Source: Macrostomum lignano
Taxonomy: Eukaryota
NCBI GenBank assembly: GCA_002269645.1
Contig: NIVC01001286.1
Location: 62,001-126,000, forward strand
Reading direction: 5' to 3'
Length of the DNA: 64,000 bases
Both the position numbers and the translations under genes were made by a program. Each line of letters opens with the position of its first letter. The first letter of the stretch is position 1. The notes under the pieces were generated by a model. It was not told the DNA's origin. It made no database searches and saw nothing but the letters and a program-made list of their open reading frames with translations. Shown piece after piece: positions 24,971 through 37,124 of the stretch.

Positions 24971-25095
24971 TCGGCTTGTATACAGTATCCGGGCTTGCTT
25001 CTGCTCGTAGCTGCCGACGCTGGAAGCGACGTGCGATGATTTTGCTTATGACGTTGCGGCAGGGTGACCTTAGCTAGTCCTCCTTGCAATTATAT

Positions 25096-25521
25096 TATTG
25101 GTTTTTGCGAGCTATCTCAGCCAAGGAGCAAGCAAACTCATCCATCCCATAGATTTCAATACGACGAAGGAGGTTGTTTTAACCATAGACTATCACGTTT
25201 TTTCAACCAAACTCATCCAACGGGCGAGCAATCTCAGCCATAGCTTGTCTGCCCATTCATTTCCTCTTCCCTTCTTTCTTTCCTCCTCCTCCGATGGCTC
25301 AGTTGCGACAAACATCCAACTCCGACAGAGAGAAGCTAATCAAGTAAATTAAATTTTTCGCTTAATAAACAAGCTATGGCTGAGATTGCTCGCCCGTTGG
25401 ATGAGTTTGGTTGAAAAAACGTTATAGTCTATGGTTCAAACCACCTCCTTCGTCGTATTGAAATCTATGGGATGGATGAGTTTGCTTGCTCCTTGGCTGA
25501 GATAGCTCGCAAAAACCAATA
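25096..25521. mobile_element. MITE / foldback element with about 153-bp terminal inverted repeats, TA flanks
   Basis: 25096-25248 is the reverse complement of 25369-25521 with a few mismatches; 120-bp spacer; TA at both ends is compatible with Tc1/mariner-type insertion. Confidence 0.85.
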
Positions 25522-25751
25522 TTAATATTAAGGGCAATCTCTTCGGAATGGGAGTCTAATACCCAGTCCTTTGGTACTAAAATTTCAGAATACACGTATT
25601 GAACAGATAGAAGTAGAAGTAGGTTTCAAGCATATACTCGTAAGACACATGTACGACGTATTAGGCAACAATGATGATGTTTAATCGTCACCTAATAAAA
25701 GTATTTAAGCACATTTGAAATAAGAACTTGCGACTTCACTTACTCGTAGAC

Positions 25752-26067
25752 CATGGGTCAGCAAACTCCGGGCTGTAAAGTCTCGCTGTCCGGTCTTCGG
25801 GTCCTTTGAAGCTTCACGATAGCAATCCGACGCGCTTAAGGTTAGTCTCTTCTTAGTTCTCTCCTCTGTCTTTTGTCTCCTCTTTCAGCTTTTTACTCAT
25901 CTCTTATCTCATCGCATTTCTCATCTCGCCTCTCCTCTCTTCTGTCATCTCCTCCATCTTTTATCTCCTCCATTACCTCTCCTTTCCACTCTCTCATCTG
26001 ACCCGCAGTAATGATCTATTGTAGATTCTTTATCCGGCTCTTAAAGTAAAAATTTTGTCGACGTCTG
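25752..26067. mobile_element. Possible old hAT-type MITE
   Basis: Left CATGGGTCAGCAAACT and right AATTTTGTCGACGTCTG resemble degenerate CAGGGGTCGGCAAACT-type TIRs; flanks TCGTAGAC / ATGTAGAT are a poor 8-bp TSD. Confidence 0.4.
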
Positions 26068-26094
26068 ATGTAGATGATCAAACAAAGTTCTGAC

Positions 26095-26189
26095 TAGGGA
26101 CAACTTAAACTAGTTTAGCAGGTTTAGTTTAGTTTAGTTTAGCTGAACTAGTTTAGTTCGGCAACTTAAACTAGTTTAAGTTGTCCCTG
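26095..26189. mobile_element. 95-bp hAT-type MITE
   Basis: TIR AGGGACAACTTAAACTAGTTT (26096-26116 / 26168-26188); 8-bp flanks GTTCTGAC / CTTCTGAC (one mismatch). Confidence 0.7.
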
Positions 26190-26554
26190 CTTCTGACTTG
26201 ATTCTGTTTCAAATATACTTAATAATTCATGAATATCTAGAAAATACATTTCGTTTCCTTCTGCAACAAATACCCATTACAAAGCTTGCAATGATCAACG
26301 ATACTTCCTTTGTGTAATTGTGTGGCAGAGCTACTCCCTGTATTTTAAACGAAATTCTACCTTATACGCATACTTATACACTTTTATACGCATGTAAAAG
26401 TTATCTAGTATGACTGGTATGAATATCGTCAACTAGTGTGTAGAATATAGAAAACTAATGTCCATCAACGCATGCCAGTTGTTGTCGAACTCGTATTAAA
26501 CAATCAACCAGAAGCTTACCTGCCTGTCCTCTTTGTTTATGGGGCTTCTTTCAT

Positions 26555-26705
26555 CACTCAATCAGCATCATCAGCATCACCATCATCATCATCAGCATCT
26601 ATCATCTCAGCATTATTAACATCAGCATCATCATCATTATCATTATCTCAGCATCATCATCATCATCAGCATCATTTGCTTCATTCGAAATTCGAACAGC
26701 CATCA
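26555..26705 (+). repeat. Degenerate (CAT/CAG)n trinucleotide tract
   Basis: Directly visible. Confidence 0.85.
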
Positions 26706-26967
26706 GTATATTTGGATCAAAATTTTGAAACTAAAGAATTAAAGAAGCATCAACTTGAATAACTACAGGCAAAATGGCCTCTTTATAAAGCATAGTGTTC
26801 GGTTTGCATAGTGTACGAGCGTATTGTTATATAGTACCGCCTCTAAGGTACCTAGATATGTTTAAAAAGCTACCGAGAAAATCTCACAGAGAAATAGCAA
26901 ATCTAGGTGCTAGCAAAATTTCAATGCGACATACCGAAAGGCTGCGTTTTCTGTGTTCGGTCTTGAA

Positions 26968-29237
26968 ATGACCGATGAAGAGCGATTCACTGACCAGAGC
27001 CGAGCCCTGTCAGCTGCCATGAGGACTGCGGGCTTCAAGTCTTCAAATGCAGCAGCTCAGAGCGGAGTAGCCTTGGCTCTTGAAGACTTGCTGAGGTTGC
27101 TTCTCAAGTCCCAAGATACCTTCTTCGTGTTCGGCAGCTTCTGCGACGGCTGGGGCAGCTGCTTGAGCAAAATTGACGGCAGCATCGACTCAGACTCGGA
27201 TATTGACATCACATTCGTGCTGAAGTCGAACTCGGTTCACATTCCAGCTGACTGCAGTGCCTCGGAGACGAGCAATTGTTTGAAAGGCTGCAAGGTGGCT
27301 GACTACGAGGACGGGCACGTGTGTTATGCATCAAAAGGTTAGCCGGAACTTTCAACGATCCGAGTTTTGAAACCCTTAGCTTGATCGGCTTGATAAATAG
27401 GTTCGGCAGTTTAGTATGTAAGAGTCAGGGAATTCCTGAAAAGGGGACAAATGGGCCCTAAAGACTGGCTTTTATTTACCAACTGTAAAGAAAATAACAA
27501 GATATACGTTTCTGAATTAGACAGACAGATATTAAAGATATTAAACAGACAGAAGTAGTAAGTGGGGCGTCCAGATAATAAAAGCAGGGGTGGAGTGCGT
27601 GACTAAGGAAAGAGGCGAGATTGAGGAGCCAATCAGAATGAAGCAACTTAGCAAGGCAGAGAGAGAAGAATAACAAGATTGAACTAGACAGAGAGGCAGA
27701 GAAAACATAGTAAACAGAGACAAGTGAAGGTGAACTAAGAAACGACTAAGTCACCAATAATGCGACACACGTTAAATGTCCTATGAAATTACGAAGCATC
27801 CGACTGCATGAGAAAGACAACAAAAACAGAGCGGTTCACAAACCACAGCCGAGCGCTTAGGCCAGTGGTCTAGTATGCTGCTATATGGCCTACAAACAAA
27901 ACCACACTAATTGTGTGAACTTTTCAGAACCATCGCCCTGCCTTTCATTCAACGGGGCAACTTTTCGACTGCCGGAAATTGAAGCCATCTCTGCTCGGCA
28001 CTGCTGCAGCTATCCGCGCATCGAGCTGCTGTCGCCCGGCTACAGGTCCCACATTTCGACACAGACTTTGGAAGCCATCCGAACCGAGGTTCTCCAAGTG
28101 CCGCGGTGTCATGCCGTATCCGCGTCGCCTCCCGGACTAGAGGGCAGTCGGATGAGGGTGAGCACTACTCTGTTGGAGAGAATCGTCATGCACAACCTCT
28201 CCACAGTCCAAGGACAGTTGTTTGTGCTGCTCAAGTTCTTCATCAAGAGACACATCAGCTCTAAAGTGAGCGGTCTGAAGACGTACATGGCCAAGAACCT
28301 GCTGTTCTACATGCTTGACGAGACGCCCGTCGAAGACTGGAGACCAGAAAACTTGTTGTCACTGTTGAAGCAGTCGCTGGAGATGCTGGTAGCTATGATG
28401 GAGAGCTTTGATAACGAAGAGGTGAGCGATCCAACTCAAGCTGCTGCCGCAGACCGAAGACTCGAAGCCGTGTGCATGAGACACTTCTTCTTGCGCGATG
28501 CCGTCGTGTACCTGAAGAAGGACCACGCAGACAAGAGGTCAATCGTTACTGAGACCAAAACCGCGATCGATGACATTCAGAAGATCGCTCAGGTCTTTGA
28601 AGCCGGTCTGACCAAAAACAGCGTCAGAGTTGTTCATCTGCACAATGCTCTTCTGCCTCTGATATACTTTGCTGACGTGATGCAGCTTAGCAAGGGCCAG
28701 CTGAACTTCCATTTCAAAGAGATCTTCAATATCGTGTGGGAGATCCAAACCCTGATGCACAGAGAAGCTACACCGAGTCAGTGTCAGCCTGTGGCACCTG
28801 AAGACTTTGCACGGGTGCTGCACAAAATCAGCGAGCTCGAGGGCTGTCATGAGGTAGTGAAGAAGTGTCTGACCATGATGGCTTACTACAAAGTCGGAAT
28901 GCCGATAGGAGAGTCACGTGACCAGATTTGCGATGAAGAGTTCGGCGGCGTTCTGTGTCCGGAAGGAGACTCGACGCTGTCCGTGAAAGAAGGCAAAGCA
29001 GCGGTGATGAAGTTGCTGCAACGCTGCGACTCGCTTGGCATCGAGGTCTGCCATGATCGGATCTGCGCAGTGCGGTCGCTGCAGACAGAAATAAGGGCGC
29101 TCGTAAACTTTCTCGCTAAGTTTATTGGTAGTTCTGAAGGCAACGGAGGTTTTGAAAATCGAAGAAAAATTATAGTCTCATTATTCCATTTTTTCGTGAG
29201 TGACAAACGTTTTCAAAATGACTGCATACTCTTGTAA
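26968..29237 (+). CDS. Mab-21/cGAS-like nucleotidyltransferase (cGLR-like), copy 2 (about 559 aa)
   Basis: Exons 26968-27337 and 27928-29237 (phase 1 intron at the same position as copy 1). Same NTase and Mab-21 motifs; colinear with copy 1 without indels at offset 12309 over 27928-29092. Confidence 0.82.
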
Positions 29238-29385
29238 TGAAATATTTAATGACGACCCTGCACACTTCGCTAAAAGGATCACTGCAACTTATTTTAGGCC
29301 AAATTTCGCTTAAAATACAACTAGCTAGAAAACAATTTTTTAACCACTCTTGGTAATAAAGGACTATTTTTGCTCACCTAAAATC

Positions 29386-29735
29386 GGCCGGGGACGTAGC
29401 CCAGTGGTCTGGCGCGGCGCTCTGATGTGCCAGCGGCCCAAGCTCGAATCCAAGTGCAGTCACATTAATTTGGGGCTAAAATTGGAAACTCGGCTTGGTC
29501 TGCTCGTGCAATTAACGCTATTGACGGCCAACCCCCAAGGCACAGTGAAGTGTACATGTCTAACGATAAATAAAGTTAAGGTCGCTGTGTGAGTGTGTGC
29601 CTGCGTGTATGACTGCGTACGTATCCGCGCGCTTGTGTGCCTGCTTAGGGGAGTCGGCGAGATTGGCAGTAATGCCTCTTGCCGGTTGTGCGACAATGTC
29701 GCTTAAAGTGCGCCAGGGTGCACACAGCCTCTTAA
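29386..29735 (+). mobile_element. tRNA-derived SINE family B
   Basis: A-box-like TAGCCCAGTGG, B-box-like GCTCGAATCC; full-length homolog inverted at 58340-58670. Confidence 0.75.
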
Positions 29736-30749
29736 CTAAATACTACCTTCTGCAATGAAGATCTCAGAAAGTTGGTCCGAAGTTTGTCCGATGCAGCTCT
29801 TCAAAATTTTATAGACTTAAATTCAAGAAACCCTGAATGAGAGGCATAAAATAGGCTAAGCTGGCTGTTCGACTGCAGAGAAAAGGATGCAAAGTTGGGT
29901 CTGCATTCATTGTGCTTATTTGTCTTGTTTTGAGTATTTAGGTCCATAGAACATTGTTATGTGATTTGTACTGACAGGGTCTAACAAAAGACTATTCTAT
30001 CTACGAGTAAAACAAGACTCTTCTATCTAACATGAGACTCCAATCCAACATGATCTAGTCAGGTTTTTTCTCCCCTCAAGACGCATTAATGCTAAAAGCT
30101 ACGACCTGATAAGTTCCTGTCTCGTTAATGTATTTTCAAGCGAAATTTGGTCTTCAAATAAGTTTCTATTAAACGTTTCCTGATACAATGGTTAACTTCA
30201 AGAATGTATAATGTCTTTAATATCTTAATCTTTTCTTTAGCCAGCCGCTAAATTTGTATTGTCAATCTGCCAATTTTAGTTACCTAGGCGAGTCGGAGGA
30301 GGCGTCAATGATTTAAGTGTAAACGCGAAGATGTTTATTGATAATTTCTTGGAATACATTTGGGACACAATCGAAATGGATTTTCCGGTTCAAGTCGGCT
30401 AAATATTATCAAGATAAAAGACAGGTAATTGAAATCTAACACTTCCGTATGGTGAAGTTATTATTTTTCTGTAATGAATTATTAGCTGTTTTTATAGGCT
30501 TGAAGTTTGAGGACTTTTAGTCCAACAGGAACCATCCGTGTTTTTTTTCGGTTACACCCTAGTAGAAAGCGTTTTTATTTTGCAAGAAATGCAGTGATAA
30601 GTGCGGTTTGTTCTTTAAGATTGTAAACTGTCGAACAAACAACGCATTTGCGACGTATTTCCATTCGACTGTACGGTTTCCTTTGATGTCTATTGTATAC
30701 AGCTGATGCATGCCTGTCGAGAGTTCCTTGAGTGATCAGTCATCAGTGA

Positions 30750-32730
30750 AAACTAGTGGTACCAATGGTTGCTCTCCTGTCAAGTAGAAGAAATGGGGTG
30801 TGCTTGAGTCGTCAGTTCAAAAGCGAATTCCGAGAAGAAAAATGGGCAGTTGCTGTAGCCAGTTCTTTCCTCGCGCTTTCAGGCCAGCCTAAGCGTCCGA
30901 TGGGCTATAGTTCGACTATACCGTTGTCGCGAGGGTGTGCTGATGTGATGTATGCCGAGCAGTGTCGTCAAGTTATGCATTAGCTCCACGGAACTGCAAG
31001 ACGTGGTCACTCACCAGCGTCAGTGGCGGGCGTAACCGTGAAATACAGGGGTCTAGGAAGACGCGTCTTCTGCGTGGCTTCAATCCAGCGCGAATAGGCG
31101 TCGACCATCGTGAGCAACTAGCGGGGTCTTGGACGGACGTCGGCTGAATCTGCAGGCGGGAGCAGTACAACGAGGTCGATATATGGACTGTCGTGAAGCG
31201 TTCAGAGGGCGTCGGAAGCTGTTGCAGCGGGAATTGGACGTGACGACCTGTCTTGGACTGCTGACACAGCTGACACTCGGACACCCATTTCTGGATGTTG
31301 GTAGCTATGCACGGCCAAAAGAAACGATAGATACTGAGTCGCCGGGTGGCTTTGCTGCCAGGGTGTGCAAACAGATGCAGAGTCGAACACCGCGCACCGA
31401 AGAGCTAATTAGGGACGACTGGGCGTGGTTTTGTCAGATATAGATTTCAAACTGCAGCGGGCAGTCCTTGATGCCAATGATCTTGGGTGGGGCGGACCGG
31501 TCTTCATAGCGCGTCGGCTACGACCTTGTCTTTCCCGGAATGTGGATGATGTCGCTCACAAACTTGGTGATGACAGATAACTGGCGATCAAATTTGCCAT
31601 AAGCCGCTTTTATGGCGGATAGCTTGCGCGAGTAGAAAGCCAATGGTGAAGACTGCCTAGCCCCCACTTGATGCAACGCTGCTCCGATTGCACCTGCATC
31701 GGTTTTGATTGTGAACGTGGCGTTAGGGCGTGGGAACGCAAGCGTGACTCCATTCGCAAGGCTGTCTTGAAGTGCCTCTCAAGCGCTTTCGTGTACTCGT
31801 AGACTCGTCCAAATTAAGGGCGCAGTGAGAAGCTGTCGCTTGGGATGCACTGCTGGTAAAAACCAAAAATCACGAGGAAACGCTGCAATGATTGATAGTC
31901 AGTGGGAGCCTTGAGTTTGTCGTAGAGCTTTGACGCGGTCCGGTAGCGGCCTAATGCCGTCGGCAGCGACGAGGTAGCACAGAAACTCCACAGAGTCGCG
32001 GAAAAAGCGGCACTTTTTAGAATTTACACCCACGCCCTGGCCACTGAGACGTCGCATCACCGCTTCGATGTGCACCTGGTGCTCTTTTTGTGATTGGCTG
32101 TGTACCAGGACGTCATTGATGTACAACGTTGCGAACGGGAGATTGTGGAAGACGGAGTCTACGTACCGTTGAAACGTAGCTCGTACTAGCGGCATTCCGG
32201 AGGTCAATGGCTTTCGAAGGTATTCAAACGACCCGAACGTGCTCCGTGTATACTCTATGATGGTGAAAGTGGTTGATGTTTGGGATTGGATAGCGGTCCA
32301 GCTTTTTTTGCTGCGTTGAATGCCCGGTAGTTCCGACATATTCGCCAGGAGCCGGCCTTCTTTTTCTCCATGTGCAGCGGGGAGGCACCGAGACTGTTAG
32401 AGGGGCGGACAATCCTGAATCGTAAAAGTTTATCGAATTTCTCTTTTGCGAAGGCGAATATGGCTGTAGACAGCGGTCGTGGTCAAAAGAATATAGCTTC
32501 ACCAGTCGTTTCGATGTGGTGGCGCACTGATGTGGCAGCTACGGTGCATTGTAATTTTGGCGCTTCAAGTACTCGGGGGGGGGGATTTTGGGAGTGGTGT
32601 GGTCGGCTCCAGCTGCGTGGTGGCGAATTGCTTTGGGGAACCAACGCGCTTAGAGGAGGTCTGCACGAAAAAGCCGTCTCAGACCCTGTATGCACTGAGT
32701 TCAGGTCGATGAGGAACCCAAACTTGAGTG
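30750..32730 (-). mobile_element. Decayed Ty3/Gypsy LTR retrotransposon pol
   Basis: On - in Gypsy order: RT (DRYPIPNI, FQRYVDSVF..YINDVLV, DGIRPLPDRV), RNase H (TDAS, PLAFYSRKL, IPGKDKVVAD), integrase (CQLCQQSK, RFTTVHI, HPRDNGIVE). Multiple frameshifts; LTRs not identified. Confidence 0.85.
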
Positions 32731-32879
32731 TAGTGTGAGCATGTTACGCGAAATTGTTATATACTTTTCTTATTTGATATTTTTTATTTTCTACCTTAGT
32801 GCGTCTAAAAAGTTCTTAGACACCCGTTAATTTTAATTTAGAAATAAGTTTAAAACAACTACATGCCATTTCAGAAACC

Positions 32880-33880
32880 AGCTTGGCCCAGCGGAGGGGT
32901 CAACGCGGCCTACACCCACCAAGTTAATCTTGGCTTAAATCAGCGGACGAATCAGAGGCAGCCTCGTGGCAAAGCGAGATCTAGGCCAGGCCCCGAGAGC
33001 GCGCTGCGTGTCCAGTACAAACGAGATTAGTGATCGGCATGCCAGCCACCCACCAACCGGCTTAAGGATATAGTTTTGAATGACCATAAGTAAATTGCGG
33101 CGACGCTTGGGTCGACGTCAACCGGAGAGGCGGCTCAGCGTGCCGCCCTGCTGTCCTCAACTGTCGAGGGCGCCCAGCGACAACTGGACAAGCTAGTTGC
33201 TGTTGCGGCGAGTGTCGGCCTGGTGGTCAACACACAGAATACCATCGTGCTCTGCGAGCCGGACGACATCGAGGCTGTGATTTTGTGCCGAGGCGCTGAT
33301 GGACAGGCGACAGAGCTCTTCCACGTTGTCAGCAGTTTGTCTTCCTCGGCGGTCTGGTTGCCGGCGTCAGCGAGGAGTTGCGGCGTCGCCACGGGCTTGC
33401 CTGGGCTGCCTTTCACGTGAGGGCAGTCCTGCAGTCCGAGGCTTTACCTGACCGCCAGAAGGCGGCGTTGTTCCAGGCGGTGATCGAGACCGTCCTGCTG
33501 TACAACGCCGAGACCTAGACCCTGACGGAGTCGCTCGAGCAACAAGTTGACGCGGCGCACGCTGGCCTGCTGCGCGCCGCCTTCAAGATCGGTCACGAGT
33601 GAGTGGCCGAGTGACCAACGCGGCTTTGTATCGCCGCGCCGGCCTGGTTCGTCCAATTCAAGCGACCTGCTGCGCCGTCGGCGACTCCAGCTGGCAGGCC
33701 ACATCATCCGCGCCGAGTCGTACTGCCCAGAGTCGGTGCAGGCACGCACTCGGCGTTTCGTCGACTGCCTGCTGGCTGACGCCGGCGCCCCGGATTCGGC
33801 CGGCGGCGTGGCGTTCGTTTGCGACCTGGCCTTGAAGCGCACCCTGTGACGCTAACTGCGTATTCTGTTGTTGTTGTTAT
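32880..33880 (+). mobile_element. Internally deleted RTE-clade LINE
   Basis: LLSSTVEGAQRQLDKL...VGLVVNT and LFQAVIETVLLYNAET*TLT (RT C-terminal region) followed by a (GTT)n tail at about 33865-33878; the 32880-33135 segment is assigned as putative 5' UTR with less support. Confidence 0.8.
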
Positions 33881-35089
33881 GGGTAAAACTGCATTTTTGC
33901 CGTCTGACACTCGTTGCCTTCTTTTCTATCTTACCGATCGACAATATGCAGCGTTCCGCGCATTGAAAGCGTGCGATTCCACTCTGGCCAATAACTTGAC
34001 CTCCACGCCCGACCGCAATATAGTCTCACCAGCGAAACGTTTCTCTGCGTTGGACGTCTTGAGGGATTGTTGCGGCAATTGCGCGGTTTAGATAAAAGCT
34101 TACGAGTTAGCACAGTAGGCCAGGCCAGCCTTTAGGGAAAGACTTGCATCCGAATCGAATCTTGATTTTCAAATATTTCGATTTTTTGTCTAATAATTTA
34201 GTCGAAATTTTACGAGCATTATTACTCTTGCACTGTAAACCTTATCTGAAATCGTGTTCAACTGTGTTACTACCTGTACCGTATCATTTCCAGAGGTGAC
34301 AAGAAGCACAAAGGTCTGAAGGGCTTAGATGAGTGTGTCTAAACTGAATTACCTCAGAACTAGAATTTAGACCATAGAATTTAGCGCTCTCAATGAGGAA
34401 CTGTTAAAATTGAATATCCGCTGTATAAAACAAATATCTGATGTCTAAATCGAAGTTCACTTTGTCTAATTTGAAAGTCCAACTGAAAGTATAAAAATAG
34501 ATAGCCAATGACAGATTTGAAGTTACAGTATTTCTAGCAGTTGTCAATGGCTAGGATTCTATAGATGGATTCTAAGCTTATCGCACACTGCATTACCTCG
34601 ATCCCACACTCCATGGGCTCTGTAAAAAAACAGCATTTTCCAAAAGTAAACGATTATAAACACTTCATAAATCATTATAGGCTTTACTGAAAAGCTTAAT
34701 GCAATAATTTCTTTTAATGTATTTAAGACAGAGATTCATTCATTTTTAGATCAGAATTTCTAAGAATTTCTCTCCGAGTGAGATATTTAAGTTTGCAGAT
34801 CCTTTTATAAAGGCAGATAGTTTCAATACTCGTAAATGAATCAGAGATTTGAATCTCTGAAAGGCTAAAAAAGGGCACATGCTTTCACTATGGTTAAGCA
34901 AACCAACGCTTAAAACACAAATAATATCACAAATTTTCTTTTGACATCAATTTTTTGCAAAGAACATCAAAGCAGGCAAGATTAATTAGAAAAAAGCTAT
35001 AATGTACAAATTTGTCCATACCGACGCTTCCACTATGATCTCACAACTATTTTAGTAAATATGCTGCCGAATCTGACGATTTTGCTTTC

Positions 35090-35385
35090 AGATCTACCCA
35101 ATCGAGTTCTCAATCTATAGATATTCTGATCGCAAATCTACCAAATCTGGTCTCTCAAATCTACCGATTCTGACTCTCAAATTTACCGATTCTGACTCTC
35201 AAATTTACCGATTCTGACTCCTAAATCTACCAAATCTGGTCTCTCAAATCTACCAATTCTGACTCTCAAATTTACCGATTCTGACTCCTAAATCTACCAA
35301 ATCTGGTCTCTCAAATCTACCGATTCTGACTCCCAAAGCTACCAATTCTGACCGATTCTGATTCAAAATCTACCGATTTCGATAC
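35090..35385 (+). repeat. 22-bp minisatellite (TCTCAAATCTACCGATTCTGAC)n
   Basis: Directly visible. Confidence 0.9.
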
Positions 35386-35817
35386 CAAAATTCAATAATG
35401 TTCTTAAGTTGAAACAAAAAAAAATTATATTAGATACATTAAACTGAGAAAACGACAGTTATTTAGACTAGGCATTTGAAATAAATCTTACATGTACTGG
35501 ATGAGACAATTGATCTAGCATAGTATTGGAGATAAAACACACAAAATCTATCAAAACAAACGAACGTCAAATTTAGGGCAATCGTAATCGACTCAATTGT
35601 TTGTTCAAAATTTAATAAATATTACACATAAAAGTAAATACAACAATTTTCTTCAATAAAAAAGCTTTAGATATTGAATGATAAAAGTGTTAAATAACAA
35701 TGACAAAAAACTATTTTGAGTTTAGATTTTCACGATACTGTAGCAGCTGTTAAATGTAATAAAACGATAGTTGTAGGCTGCGTGTTACCGTGCTACTATC
35801 AGTAGCACAGTTGGTCA

Positions 35818-36974
35818 TCACAGATTCTTGCGACTGTCTGAAAAGTAAAATTCAGGGGCTGGTTTAGGGGCGATTCTTTAGCTGGTTTAGGGGCGATTCT
35901 TAAGCTGGTTTAGGGGCGATTCTTAAGCTGGTTTAGGGGCGATTCTTAGGCTGGTTTAGGGGCGATTCTTAAGCTGGTTTAGGGGCGATTCTTAACTTGT
36001 TTAGGGGCGATTCTTAGGCTGGTTTAGGGGCGATTCTTAACCGGTTTAGGGGCGACTCACCCCGATTTGGAGCAGCCCCAGACTGCATCATCATTCTCTC
36101 CAGGCGCATCTTTCGACTGCCGCCTTCGCCATCGTTGAGGCTGTCGTCTGCTGATCCGCGAGAGCCCTTAGTCAGGGATTCAAAGGCGAATAGCAAGAGA
36201 GAGATGCCTGCGAATTGGAAGGAAGGTTTCACGCACATGTTTTGCACAAGAAAAAGCCAAGGCCCGATTGAAGAACCCAAAGTCCCGATTGATGAACCCA
36301 AAGTTCCGATTTAAGAACCCAAAGTCCCAATTGAAGAATCAGAAGTCGCGATTGAAGAGCCCAAAGTCCCGATTGAAGAATTCAAAGTCCCGATTGAATA
36401 GCCCAAAGTCCCGATTGATGAACCCAAAGTCCCGATTGAAGAACCCAAAGTCCCGATTGAAGAATCCAAAGTCCCAATTGAAGAATCCAAAGTCCCGATT
36501 AAAGAGCTCAAAGTCCCGATTGAAGAACCCAAAGTCCCGATTGTAGAACCCAAAGTTTAAAGACTCTAAAACGATTCTAAAGACGCAAACGCAAATAATC
36601 ACCAATAAGTACCAATACATACCTGCAATACAGCAAGGCGATATGACTCCAAAAGTCCACACACTGGTGCCCCAAACGTATATCTCGCCGAGAAAATGTA
36701 GCAAAGTCATTAGAAAAGTTGTAACAGTTAACAGGCGAATGCAGGAATCGTCGGGATTAGCACAGAACACCAGTCGCACTAATCCGCAGAACATTGTCCA
36801 CAAGGCAAACTGTCTGGATGCCAGACGTGTAACGGACTGCGGATTCCCAGTGTACACATTTCTTGCCAATAAGTCTGGATTCCAGACAGCCTGGGCTCCG
36901 TTAATAACGGAGATTAAACCAATTGCTCCGATCCAGCCGCGAAGATAGTCAGAGAAATTGAGTAATTTTAACAT
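35818..36974 (-). CDS. ERG28: ERG28 / C14orf1-like ER membrane protein (about 172 aa)
   Basis: Exons 36974-36623, 36207-36061, 35837-35818. LRGW..., VYTGNPQSVTRLASRQFALWT, LLHFLGEIYVWGT and GVISP align with the ERG28 family pattern. Confidence 0.88.
35855..36055 (+). repeat. 23-bp minisatellite filling ERG28 intron 2
   Basis: (GCTGGTTTAGGGGCGATTCTTAA)n. Confidence 0.93.
36262..36556 (+). repeat. 21-bp minisatellite in ERG28 intron 1
   Basis: (GATTGAAGAACCCAAAGTCCC)n. Confidence 0.93.
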
Positions 36975-37124
36975 TATCACTGCTATTGGGGTGGATTACT
37001 GTGGGATTTTATGGTTGGGGGATGTTAGTTCAAGTATACAATGCAATATACAACTGTTATTAGTTAATCATTGTGGGCTTATTAGGTAAAACTAACTTTA
37101 TAGGATTTGAATCTAAAAGATCTA

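Noticed and set aside
14944-29237. Bacterial CBASS (CD-NTase) operon interpretation
   Set aside because: Genes have spliceosomal introns, no adjacent effector or Cap genes, and sit among animal genes.
34380-34770. Possible ancient CR1 3' end
   Set aside because: Only faint resemblance with many stops; insufficient to call.
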